IMG/VR virus record: IMGVR_UViG_3300032299_000385
Location: 1-27,473 of that record
Reading direction: 5' to 3' (one strand)
Source: a virus
Lineage: Duplodnaviria; Caudoviricetes
Length of the DNA stretch: 27,473 nucleotides
How positions within the stretch are numbered: the stretch's first letter is position 1; each line of letters opens with the position of its first letter. The position numbers and the translations under genes were made by a program. A model generated the notes under the pieces. That model was not told the DNA's origin. It saw nothing but the letters and a program-made list of their open reading frames with translations, and ran no database searches. Below are positions 1 through 8,370 of this stretch, piece by piece.

Positions 1-1
1 A

Positions 2-241
2 TCTGGAAACGCAACTGCAAACGCATTTACAAACTTCCAGTTGATTCAACGCCCATTTGGTGGCGTGTTTAGACAGCAAAGTTCTACACGAACACCCGGC
101 AGTGGAGACTTTGTGCTTGACCTGCACACTCCTATTGCTTTTGCTGAAAAGACAGACATTGAAGTTAGAGCAATTGCTACAGCAGGGGCTTCTAATGTGT
201 CTGCTGAGTTTGAAGGCATCTACATTAAGAACCCGGACTGA
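2..241 (+). CDS. Phage protein, C-terminal part (5'-truncated), beta-rich, probably virion-associated
   Basis: The frame of ORF 41..241 is open from base 2 (SGNATANAFTNFQLIQRPFGG...EKTDIEVRA...IYIKNPD*); its stop lies 2 nt before the next ATG. Confidence 0.75.
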   Translation, partial: SGNATANAFTNFQLIQRPFGGVFRQQSSTRTPGSGDFVLDLHTPIAFAEKTDIEVRAIATAGASNVSAEFEGIYIKNPD

Positions 242-243
242 TC

Positions 244-798
244 ATGCCCGCCAAGTCGAAGTCTCAGTTCCGGCTGATGAAGGCTGCAGAGAACAACCCC
301 GCTTTTGCTAAGAAGGTGGGGATTAAACCATCGGTGGCCGCCGAATACACGCAGTCGAACGTCAAGAGCAAGTCCTACGGCAAGCTGCCGGAGAAGATGA
401 AAGGCGGCGGAGTAGTCCAGTCTTTGAAAAATGCTGGGTTCTATGAAGAAGGCAAAAGCAAACAAGAGCGTTTGAAAATTGTCAGCCAAGCAACCACTAA
501 GCCGGAAAGACTGAAAATTGTAGAAAAGCTGTATTCAGGCAAAAAGATGAAGGACGGCGGCCCCAGTCTGGCTATTGGCCGCGGTGAGAAGCTTCCTGCT
601 GATCGTGGCGCTGGTCTAACTGCCAAGGGGCGGGAGAAGTACAATCGGGAGACAGGATCGAACCTGAAGGCCCCACAGCCGGAAGGTGGTCCAAGGCGCG
701 ATTCTTTCTGTGCTCGTATGGGTCCGGTTGCTGAGAAGAGCGAGAAGGGAAGTCGCGCAAGAGCCTCGATGAAGCGGTGGAATTGCCCCGGTTGGTAG
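244..798 (+). CDS. Small, highly basic multi-module phage protein; C-terminal DUF6321-like domain
   Basis: 184 aa, very K/R-rich; the C-terminal GLTAKGREKYNRETGSNLKAPQ...RRDSFCARMG...MKRWNC resembles phage DUF6321 proteins (recognised from memory). Confidence 0.8.
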   Translation: MPAKSKSQFRLMKAAENNPAFAKKVGIKPSVAAEYTQSNVKSKSYGKLPEKMKGGGVVQSLKNAGFYEEGKSKQERLKIVSQATTKPERLKIVEKLYSGKKMKDGGPSLAIGRGEKLPADRGAGLTAKGREKYNRETGSNLKAPQPEGGPRRDSFCARMGPVAEKSEKGSRARASMKRWNCPGW

Positions 799-807
799 GA
801 GACATGA

Positions 808-1881
808 ATGGCGTACTCAGGGACTGTTGGCACCACGGTCATCAATGTTCAAAAGCTGATTGACCACGGCGCCCGCCGATGCGGGAAGCTGGCCGAAGAA
901 TTGACATCAGAGCAGGTTCTGTCGGCTAAAGAGTCGCTGTATTTCCTGTTGTCCAATCTGATCAACATCGGCATCCAATACTGGGCCATCGAGAAGAAGG
1001 TCATCGGCGTGAATGCCGACAAGTACATCTACAAGCTACCGCTGGGTGGCAACGATGTGCTGAATGCCCTGTATCGCACGATGAACCGTCCCAGTGGATC
1101 ATATACGTCGTCCGCAGGCGGTGTGGTGGCCAACGCTGGCGACAATGACATTGATACCTTCTGTCAGCAGACTTCGGCCAACGGAAATATCTCAATCTTC
1201 TTCGGCACTAATAATCCGGTGTATGCGGGCTCTATTGGCCTGCTGCCGTATGTCTCTGGTGGCGGGTCTGCCACATGGAACCTGATACTAGAGTATTCGG
1301 TCGACGGTGTGACGTGGAGCACCCTCGACAATCTGGGTACTGTTACTGTCACAGATAACGAGTGGGTCTGGACAGACATCGACCCCGGCCAGTCTGTGGA
1401 GTATTACCGGGTGCGTGCCTATAGCGGTACGACACTGGCGCTGCGTGAGTTCTACGTTGGCAACAACAGCCGCGAAGTGACTATGGCGCGTCTGAACCGA
1501 GACGACTACACGAACCTGCCCAACAAGAACTTCACGGCCAACCAGCCGTATCAGTTCTGGTTCAACCGCACCATCCCGCAGTCGGAGCTTTATCTGTGGC
1601 CTGTGCCCAGTGATCCGTTTGTCCAGATGGTAATTTGGTACTCGCGCCAGATCATGGACGTCGGTGACCTGAGCGGTGAGCTTGAGATCCCCCAAAGGTG
1701 GTATGAGGCAGTAGTCATGATGCTGGCTCACCGTATGAGCCTTGAGTTGCCGCAGGTTGGTATGGATCGGGTGCAGTACCTCGAGGCGCAGGCAGACAAG
1801 TATCTGAATCTGGCAGAGGCGGAAGAGCGCGACAAGTCGCCTATCTACTTCTCGCCTAACATCAGTGTCTATACGAGGTGA
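808..1881 (+). CDS. Putative head-tail adaptor / tail tubular protein with an inserted discoidin (F5/8C)-like beta-sandwich
   Basis: 357 aa; AGGAG at 797-801; helical N and C ends and LPNK...QPYQFWFNR...LYLWPVP...IPQRWYEAV typical of adaptor-like proteins; central LEYSVDGVTW...YYRVR segment is F5/8C-like. Confidence 0.7.
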   Translation: MAYSGTVGTTVINVQKLIDHGARRCGKLAEELTSEQVLSAKESLYFLLSNLINIGIQYWAIEKKVIGVNADKYIYKLPLGGNDVLNALYRTMNRPSGSYTSSAGGVVANAGDNDIDTFCQQTSANGNISIFFGTNNPVYAGSIGLLPYVSGGGSATWNLILEYSVDGVTWSTLDNLGTVTVTDNEWVWTDIDPGQSVEYYRVRAYSGTTLALREFYVGNNSREVTMARLNRDDYTNLPNKNFTANQPYQFWFNRTIPQSELYLWPVPSDPFVQMVIWYSRQIMDVGDLSGELEIPQRWYEAVVMMLAHRMSLELPQVGMDRVQYLEAQADKYLNLAEAEERDKSPIYFSPNISVYTR

Positions 1882-1884
1882 TGC

Positions 1885-2226
1885 ATGCCACGCTTTCTAG
1901 ACACTAGGGGCTACTCAGACATTGCGATTGCGGTCTGCGACCGCTGCAAGATGAAGCGCCCGCATGCTGTCCTGCGGTCAGATCCCAACTTTCCCGGGTT
2001 GATGGTGTGTGATCAGGGGTGTGCTGACCAGTTTGACCCGTATCGCCTGCCTGCGCGGAAGACTGAGCGTATTGCTCTGCGGTTCCCGCGTCCTGACGTG
2101 AGTGTGGCGGTCGACCCGAATTCTTTGACGACCGGCGGATATGGCAACTATGTGGTGTCGCCGGAGCAGAATACCCAAACGCCGGAAAATAACGGCAACC
2201 TAGACGACCTGACAGTGAGTCCCTGA
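1885..2226 (+). CDS. Small phage protein with four Cys (CDRC...CDQGC), putative Zn-binding
   Basis: 113 aa; CxxC plus CxxxC, then DPYRLP...RFPRPD; TGATG overlap with the next gene. Confidence 0.75.
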   Translation: MPRFLDTRGYSDIAIAVCDRCKMKRPHAVLRSDPNFPGLMVCDQGCADQFDPYRLPARKTERIALRFPRPDVSVAVDPNSLTTGGYGNYVVSPEQNTQTPENNGNLDDLTVSP

Positions 2227-4568
2227 TGGCTAATGTCACCATAACCCAGCTTCCAACCGCCGGAGTATTGACCGGCAGCGAACTCGTCCCCGTTGTTCAG
2301 AACGGCGTAACGGTTCGCACAACGACGGCAGCGATTGCAGCGTCTCCAAGTCTTACCCAGACCTTCCTGACGCTCAATAACGAGCCCACGCTGCCGAATA
2401 GCCGGTATTTCTCGGTTGGGACCGGCCTCGGGCTGACCGATAACGGCGCCCAGAGCAATCTAGTGCTCAATCTGAACGGTGCTTCGGGCTCTCTAGAAAT
2501 TGCCGGCAACGGATTCATCTCTAAAACCAACTCTGCAACGGTCGTTGCACGATCTTTGGCCACGTCTGGTAACGGTTTGACGGTCACGAACGGTAATGGA
2601 GCGTCTGGCAACCCGACGTTTGCCCTCACCGGTCTACCAGAAGCCCTTGCAAACCTGTCTGGCGGCGGGTTCTTGGTATCAGTAGATCCCTCAACGATTG
2701 CTCAGCGGAGCATTACAGCGGTTGCCAACCAAATTTCAATCACAGACGGGGCGGGTTTGTTGGCCAACCCTCAGATTGGTATTGCGGTCAACCCAGTATT
2801 ACCCGGCACAGAAGGAACTGTGCTGCCATCCGGTAGCACGGGGCAGCGATCTGTATCACCGGCCAATGGCACCATTCGATACAACACCGACACGGCGACC
2901 TTGGAAGGGTACGCCAACAACGCATGGGGCTCAATCACGGTCGGATCGGGTGTTACATCGGTCAATGTGTCCGGTGGTATGACTGGTCTAACGACGTCTG
3001 GCGGTCCAATCACTTCGGCAGGCACAATTACGTTTGCCGGCACCCTGATTACCACTAATGGCGGTACTGGGCTGTCGTCTTATACCGCGGGAGACATGCT
3101 GTACTACTCCGCTGGTAACACATTCGCCAAATTGCCGATTGGCACTGCCAATCAAGTGATGACGTCTAGCGGTACCGCGCCCCAGTGGACGACATTGACG
3201 TCGGTCGCTGTAACGACATTCTCTGCTGGCACAACAGGATTCACGCCTAACGTGGCTACAGGGGGCGCTATAACGCTCTCTGGCACGCTCAATGTGGCGA
3301 ATGGTGGTACTGGTGCCAATTCGCTCACCGGCTACGTCAAGGGCTCTGGTACAAGCGCATTCACCGCATCGGCAACCATCCCGAATACCGACATTACCGG
3401 TCTGGGCACAATGTCTACCCAGAGTGCTAACAGTGTGGCCATCACTGGCGGTGCAATCAACAACACCACGGTGGGTGCGACGACTCCGGCGGCGGGCACG
3501 TTTACATCTGTAACCATGACTTCGGGGACGATTACTACAGCCCCGATAACTGGCAATGACATCGTCAACAAGACCTATGCGGACTCAATCGCAACGGGGA
3601 TTAACTTCCACCAATCCTGTCGTCTGGCAACGACGACGGCACTTCCCTCTTGCACATATAACAATGGCACGTCTGGTGTAGGTGCGACACTCACGGCAAC
3701 GGCTAACGGTGCTCTATCTGTAGACACTACTGCTGTCGTTGCTACGAACCGTATTCTGGTCAAGAACCAAGCCAACCAAGCGCACAACGGTGTGTATGTA
3801 GTCACGCAGGCCGGTGATGGATCAAACCCATTCATCCTGACTCGAGCGACTGACTTCGATACGGCAGGTACAGGGGTTGACCAGATTGATGCTGGTGACT
3901 TCTTCCTGATCACCGCGGGGTCGACGCTGGCCAATACGTCGTGGGTTCAACAGACCCCGCTGCCCGTCACGGTAGGTACGACAGGAATTGTGTTCTCGCA
4001 ATTTGGCGCTCCGTTGACGTACTCCGCCGGTACAGGTCTCTCTGAATCTCCGGCCTATACGTTCAACATCGCTAATACCGGGGTGTCCTCTGGCAATTAC
4101 GGTGGGGCGGCTACGGTGCCGACTCTGTCTATCAACGCACAAGGTCAGATTACTTCTGCGTCGAATACCTCAATTGCGATTGCTGCATCACAGGTGACGT
4201 CTGGCCAACTAGTGATTGCACAGGGTGGCACGAACAGCAACGCGACTCCGACGGCAGGGGCGGTTCCCTACGGTACTGGAACAGCGTATGCGTTCTCGCT
4301 GGCAGGCACCACGAATCAAGTCCTTTTGTCTGGTGGAACGGGTACTCCAACGTGGTCGGATCAGTCAGCGTTGTCTGTTGGCACGGCGACTAACGCGACG
4401 AACACGGCTATCACAGACGATACGACGACTAACGCGACGATGTACCCGACGTGGGTGACTTCTAATACCGGCAACCTTCCCCAGAAGGTAACATCGACCA
4501 AATTAACCTTTAACCCGTCCACCGGGGTATTAACTGCAACTGGTGGTATCTCAGGAGGGACCTTCTAA
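2226..4568 (+). CDS. Tail fibre-like protein (T/G/S/A-rich, NGGTG shaft repeats)
   Basis: 780 aa; N-terminal ITQLPTA...ELVPVVQNGVT; repeated GTLxxxNGGTG units; VNKTYAD and RILVKNQ...NGVYVV...LTRATD motifs common in phage fibre proteins. Confidence 0.8.
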   Translation: MANVTITQLPTAGVLTGSELVPVVQNGVTVRTTTAAIAASPSLTQTFLTLNNEPTLPNSRYFSVGTGLGLTDNGAQSNLVLNLNGASGSLEIAGNGFISKTNSATVVARSLATSGNGLTVTNGNGASGNPTFALTGLPEALANLSGGGFLVSVDPSTIAQRSITAVANQISITDGAGLLANPQIGIAVNPVLPGTEGTVLPSGSTGQRSVSPANGTIRYNTDTATLEGYANNAWGSITVGSGVTSVNVSGGMTGLTTSGGPITSAGTITFAGTLITTNGGTGLSSYTAGDMLYYSAGNTFAKLPIGTANQVMTSSGTAPQWTTLTSVAVTTFSAGTTGFTPNVATGGAITLSGTLNVANGGTGANSLTGYVKGSGTSAFTASATIPNTDITGLGTMSTQSANSVAITGGAINNTTVGATTPAAGTFTSVTMTSGTITTAPITGNDIVNKTYADSIATGINFHQSCRLATTTALPSCTYNNGTSGVGATLTATANGALSVDTTAVVATNRILVKNQANQAHNGVYVVTQAGDGSNPFILTRATDFDTAGTGVDQIDAGDFFLITAGSTLANTSWVQQTPLPVTVGTTGIVFSQFGAPLTYSAGTGLSESPAYTFNIANTGVSSGNYGGAATVPTLSINAQGQITSASNTSIAIAASQVTSGQLVIAQGGTNSNATPTAGAVPYGTGTAYAFSLAGTTNQVLLSGGTGTPTWSDQSALSVGTATNATNTAITDDTTTNATMYPTWVTSNTGNLPQKVTSTKLTFNPSTGVLTATGGISGGTF

Positions 4569-5035
4569 TGTCACAGGCAGGATTTACCCCAATTCAACTG
4601 TATTTCTCGACAACTGCTGCGGCCACGCCGAGCTCAGGCAATCTTGCTAATGGTGAACTGGCCATCAACATTACTGACGGCAAGCTGTTCTACAAGGACA
4701 ATGCCGGCGTAGTGCAGACCATTGCGACAAAGGCTGCTGTCACTAATGTGTCGTCGATCAGTTTTGGCTCAACCGGCCTGACCCCTAACACCGCAACGAC
4801 GGGCGCTGTAACGGTAGCCGGCACTCTGGCTACAGGCAACGGCGGTACGGGCCTGACTACATTCACCGCGGCTAATAATGCCATCTTTTCGACATCGTCT
4901 TCGGCGTTGACGGCAGGCACGTTGCCAATTGCTGCAGGTGGAACTGGCGCGACATCCGCATCCGCGGCATTGTCGAATCTTGGGGGTATCAACACTGGCA
5001 AAAGCATCGCTATGGCTCTTATTTTCGGGTTCTGA
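4568..5035 (+). CDS. Short fibre/adapter protein with an Mtd/hyaluronidase N-terminal-like domain
   Basis: 155 aa; IQL...P..GNLANGELAINITDGKLFYKD, two GGTG repeats, hydrophobic C-terminus GKSIAMALIFGF; TAATG overlap and AGGAGG upstream. Confidence 0.7.
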   Translation: MSQAGFTPIQLYFSTTAAATPSSGNLANGELAINITDGKLFYKDNAGVVQTIATKAAVTNVSSISFGSTGLTPNTATTGAVTVAGTLATGNGGTGLTTFTAANNAIFSTSSSALTAGTLPIAAGGTGATSASAALSNLGGINTGKSIAMALIFGF

Positions 5036-5045
5036 GGACTAACAA

Positions 5046-5426
5046 ATGGCTAATCCTAATATTGTCAACGTAACTACCATTCTTGGTAATTCGTCACAGA
5101 CAGCACTGTCGTCAACTAGCGTGTTCAGCATCGCAAGCAATGCTGCCTCGTCGGGCAAGGTGTACAAGATCAACAGCATCGTTGTAGCCAACGTCGACGG
5201 CACGAGTGCTGCGGACGTTACGGTCAACATCTATAGCAACGCTACGGCTGGCAGCGGTACGGCGTTTGCTATCGCCTCGACCATCTCGGTCCCGGCGGAT
5301 GCTTCGTTGATTGTGACCGACAAGACGACATCGTTCTACTTGCTTGAAAACCAGTCGATCGGTGCGATTGCTGGTGTGGCTAACGATCTGGTTGTCACCG
5401 CAAGCTGGGAGGAGATAAATAGCTGA
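5046..5426 (+). CDS. Small beta-rich virion protein (fibre-associated)
   Basis: 126 aa; GAGGA upstream; KINSIVVANVDG...ISVPADASLIV...LLENQSI pattern; lies within the fibre block. Confidence 0.7.
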   Translation: MANPNIVNVTTILGNSSQTALSSTSVFSIASNAASSGKVYKINSIVVANVDGTSAADVTVNIYSNATAGSGTAFAIASTISVPADASLIVTDKTTSFYLLENQSIGAIAGVANDLVVTASWEEINS

Positions 5427-5461
5427 TAGAACCCCGTGCCCAAAACGGCTAAGGAAAAACA

Positions 5462-7162
5462 ATGAGCATGCGCTACAAAGGCGGGGTAATTTCCGCCACA
5501 CCGCCTACGGTCACGGCCAGCGTTGCGTCTGGTGTGTTCTCCCTGCAACAGCAACTTCAGTACCTTGCTGCCAGTACTTGGCCTTTACCTCCGCAACCCT
5601 ACACCGTCATCCAAACCTTTACTGCTTCCGGTTCTTGGACTTGCCCGACTGGTGTGACCGAGGTTGAGTATCTTGTGGTTGCTGGTGGGGGTGGTGGTGG
5701 TGGTGGCTATGGTGGCGGTGGTGGTGGCGCGGGCGGCTTTCGCACCGGTACTGGACTAAGTGTTACAGCAGGAACCACTTACACAATTACCGTGGGTGGC
5801 GGTGGTGCTGGCGTCGCTGGAACAGTTGGGTCTAATGGTTCTAATTCAGTGTTTAGCACCATTACATCTACTGCCGGTGGTGGAGGCGGTGGTTCATATT
5901 TTACGACGACAACTGCTGGACAAAATGGAGGTTCCGGCGGCGGTGGAGGTGTTGTAAATCCAAGTGGAGGCACTGCCGGAAGTGGAAACACGCCCTCTGT
6001 TTCTCCAAGCCAAGGAAATAATGGCGGAACTGGTGGTGCTCAATCAGGTAATTATGCTGCTGGCGGTGGTGGTGGAGCATCTGCCGTTGGAGCAAATGCT
6101 GCAACCAATGGTGGCAACGGCGGCGCTGGTACAGCGTCTACTATTTCTGGCTCTTCTGTAACCTACGCTGGTGGCGGTGGTGGTGGCGCTCAATCAGGGA
6201 CTGCTGGAACTGGTGGCGCTGGCGGCGGAGCAAATGGTTTGGTTGGCAATGGAACTGCCCCAAGTGCCACGGCAAATACTGGCGGTGGGGGCGGCGGCGC
6301 TGGCGCTACAAGTGGCCCAACAACTAGCGGTACTGGCGGTACAGGCGGCTCAGGCGTCGTAATCATCAAATACACCGCTACTGCTAAGACCGCAATCTTC
6401 TATACCTCTGGTTCGTGGACTGCTCCTACTGGCGTATCTAGTGTGGATTACCTAGTTGTCGCTGGTGGTGGTGGCGGTGGTGGTCTTGGTGCTGGAGGCG
6501 CTGGTGGATTTAGAACTGGTACTGGACTTTCAGTAACTGCTGGAACCACTTACACAATTACAGTCGGTTCTGGCGGTGCAAAAAATACTTCCGGCTCGGC
6601 TCAAGGTTCAGATGGTTCTAATTCGGTATTTAGTAGCATTACTTCAACGGGCGGTGGTGGTGGTGGAGCCTATTCTGATTCGCTTCAAAATGGCAGAAAT
6701 GGCGGTTCTGGAGGTAGCGCAGGATGTAATATTCCTGTTAATGCTGCCGGTACCGCAGGGTCTGGAAATACACCTTCTGTAAGTCCATCTCAGGGCAGTA
6801 ATGCAGGAAACGGTAATGTAAGAAATAACCAAGATATTGCCTCTGGCGGTGGCGGTGGCGCTAGTGCTGTTGGAGGAAATGGCACGATTGGCGGTTCAGC
6901 TCCTTCAGATGTTGCTGGCAATGGGGGCGCTGGCACGGCTTCATCAATTTCAGGTTCGTCTGTAACTTACGCTGGTGGCGGTGGTGGTAGTTCGCGCGGT
7001 ACTGTAGGTACCGGTGGGTCAGGCGGCGGCGGGAATGGCGCAAAAGACAGCGTTGACGGAACATCTGGAACAGCAAATACAGGCGGTGGTGGTGGTGCCT
7101 CCTATAACAACACAAGAGGTGGCGCAGGCGGCTCCGGCATCGTAATCATTAAGTGGACTTAA
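5462..7162 (+). CDS. Glycine-rich adhesin/fibre protein with two tandem Gly-rich (polyglycine II-type) domains
   Basis: 566 aa; two copies of F/YTxSGSWTxPTGV..V.YLVVAGGGGGG...GGAGGFRTGTGLSVTAGTTYTITVG...GGSGV/IVIIKY/W; AAGGA upstream. Confidence 0.85.
   Translation: MSMRYKGGVISATPPTVTASVASGVFSLQQQLQYLAASTWPLPPQPYTVIQTFTASGSWTCPTGVTEVEYLVVAGGGGGGGGYGGGGGGAGGFRTGTGLSVTAGTTYTITVGGGGAGVAGTVGSNGSNSVFSTITSTAGGGGGGSYFTTTTAGQNGGSGGGGGVVNPSGGTAGSGNTPSVSPSQGNNGGTGGAQSGNYAAGGGGGASAVGANAATNGGNGGAGTASTISGSSVTYAGGGGGGAQSGTAGTGGAGGGANGLVGNGTAPSATANTGGGGGGAGATSGPTTSGTGGTGGSGVVIIKYTATAKTAIFYTSGSWTAPTGVSSVDYLVVAGGGGGGGLGAGGAGGFRTGTGLSVTAGTTYTITVGSGGAKNTSGSAQGSDGSNSVFSSITSTGGGGGGAYSDSLQNGRNGGSGGSAGCNIPVNAAGTAGSGNTPSVSPSQGSNAGNGNVRNNQDIASGGGGGASAVGGNGTIGGSAPSDVAGNGGAGTASSISGSSVTYAGGGGGSSRGTVGTGGSGGGGNGAKDSVDGTSGTANTGGGGGASYNNTRGGAGGSGIVIIKWT
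5602..7159 (+). repeat. Intragenic tandem duplication, two ~770-nt copies (~5602-6372 and ~6394-7159)
   Basis: Protein copies align throughout; exact 20-nt match ggaaccacttacacaattac at 5771-5790 and 6542-6561; otherwise diverged, largely at synonymous sites. Confidence 0.85.
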
Positions 7163-7164
7163 CA

Positions 7165-7416
7165 ATGAGCGACACGAAGATATATTTACTTTTTGGAATC
7201 GACACGGCAATGCACCTGCTTCGTCCGGGTGCAAAGTGGGAAATCTCTAACACCATGATTACCCGTTGGGAAGACCCGCGCCCGTGTCCTACTTGGGAAG
7301 AACTCATGGATACGATGGAGAAGATTAAGGCGTTTGAAGACTCCATCGACACCATCCTGTTGCCGGAACAGATTGAGCAAATCACCGGCTTCCAAAAGAT
7401 GATTGAGGCCGCATGA
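7165..7416 (+). CDS. Small fibre-associated protein (XkdW-like/chaperone-like)
   Basis: ATG at 7165 follows the previous stop (preferred to GTG 7153); LRPGAKWEI...RWEDPRPCPTWEEL then a helix; ATGA overlap downstream. The family call is tentative. Confidence 0.65.
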   Translation: MSDTKIYLLFGIDTAMHLLRPGAKWEISNTMITRWEDPRPCPTWEELMDTMEKIKAFEDSIDTILLPEQIEQITGFQKMIEAA

Positions 7417-7997
7417 GAATTGAGAGTCTCTTCCCTACTCCGGTAGGTTTCTGGAACCTGATGCTGAATCCGGAAGAGATTGCCTTCGTCCGTAGTCTTG
7501 AGCAGCGCCCGAATGACGGGAACACGACTAGCAAGAACAACTATCTGCTGTTTGAAGAGCCGATGCAGCGGATCGCCATGTTCGTAGAGAACTGCCTTGA
7601 GGAGTACATGAAGGCAACCTACGCGCCCAAGTACAACGTCAAGCCCTACATCACGCAGTCGTGGGCTAATTACACGAAACCCAGTCAGTATCACCACAAG
7701 CACGCACATCCCAACAGCTTCATCTCTGGCTGCGTGTACATCGCTGCCAAGGGCGACAAGATCTACTTCTATCGTGACGGCTACCAGCAGATCAAACTGC
7801 CGACTGAGAACTGGAATCCATACAACTCTGAAAGCTGGTGGTATGAGGTGAATGAGGGTGACGTAGTCCTGTTCCCCTCTTCTCTGACTCACATGGTTCA
7901 AACGGTAGACGGAGAAGAGCGCATCAGCATTGCGTTTAACAGCTTCCTGAAGGGCACCATTGGCGGTGCCGATGAATTGACTGAACTGGAGATCTAA
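7413..7997 (+). CDS. 2OG-Fe(II) oxygenase, TIGR02466-like (2OG-FeII_Oxy_5)
   Basis: 194 aa; LFPTPV start, SWAN, HHKHAHPNSFISGCVYI (HxH), LFPSSLTHMV (distal His) and ERISIAFN (2OG-binding RxS). Confidence 0.9.
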   Translation: MRIESLFPTPVGFWNLMLNPEEIAFVRSLEQRPNDGNTTSKNNYLLFEEPMQRIAMFVENCLEEYMKATYAPKYNVKPYITQSWANYTKPSQYHHKHAHPNSFISGCVYIAAKGDKIYFYRDGYQQIKLPTENWNPYNSESWWYEVNEGDVVLFPSSLTHMVQTVDGEERISIAFNSFLKGTIGGADELTELEI

Positions 7998-7998
7998 A

Positions 7999-8367
7999 GT
8001 GGCTCACTTTGCTGAACTCGATGAGAACAACGTCGTGCTGCGAGTCATCGTGGTCGGCAATAAGGACACTGCGGATGCTAACGGTGTAGAGAAGGAGCAC
8101 ATCGGTGCGGCCTTCTGTGAGCGCCTGTTCGGGGGCCGCTGGGTACAGACTTCTTACAACGGCAACAAGCGTAAGAACTACGCTGGGATCGGATACACCT
8201 ACCGCGAAGACATCGACGCTTTCGTTGCCCCCAAGCCTTACGCTTCGTGGGTGTTGAACATTGACGCCCAATGGGAAGCGCCTGTTCCTATGCCTACTGA
8301 CGGCAAGCGTTATTCGTGGGATGAACAAAATTTAAGTTGGGCTGAAGTTCCTGAAGTTACGGAGTAA
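7999..8367 (+). CDS. Small phage protein, putative fibre-associated chaperone
   Basis: 122 aa, GTG start after GGAG; MAHFAELDENNVVLRVIVV...WVQTSYNG..RKNYAGIGYTY...DAFVAPKPYASW...WEAPVPMP..Y.WDE...W, a pattern recalled beside Gly-rich fibre genes. Confidence 0.8.
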   Translation: MAHFAELDENNVVLRVIVVGNKDTADANGVEKEHIGAAFCERLFGGRWVQTSYNGNKRKNYAGIGYTYREDIDAFVAPKPYASWVLNIDAQWEAPVPMPTDGKRYSWDEQNLSWAEVPEVTE

Positions 8368-8370
8368 TAC

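Noticed and set aside
5462-7162. PE-PGRS or collagen assignment for the Gly-rich protein
   Set aside because: No PE domain and no Gly-X-Y triplet register; the context is a phage fibre block.
7149-7901. 250-aa minus-strand ORF
   Set aside because: Antisense shadow of two well-supported, coupled + strand genes; no recognisable motifs.
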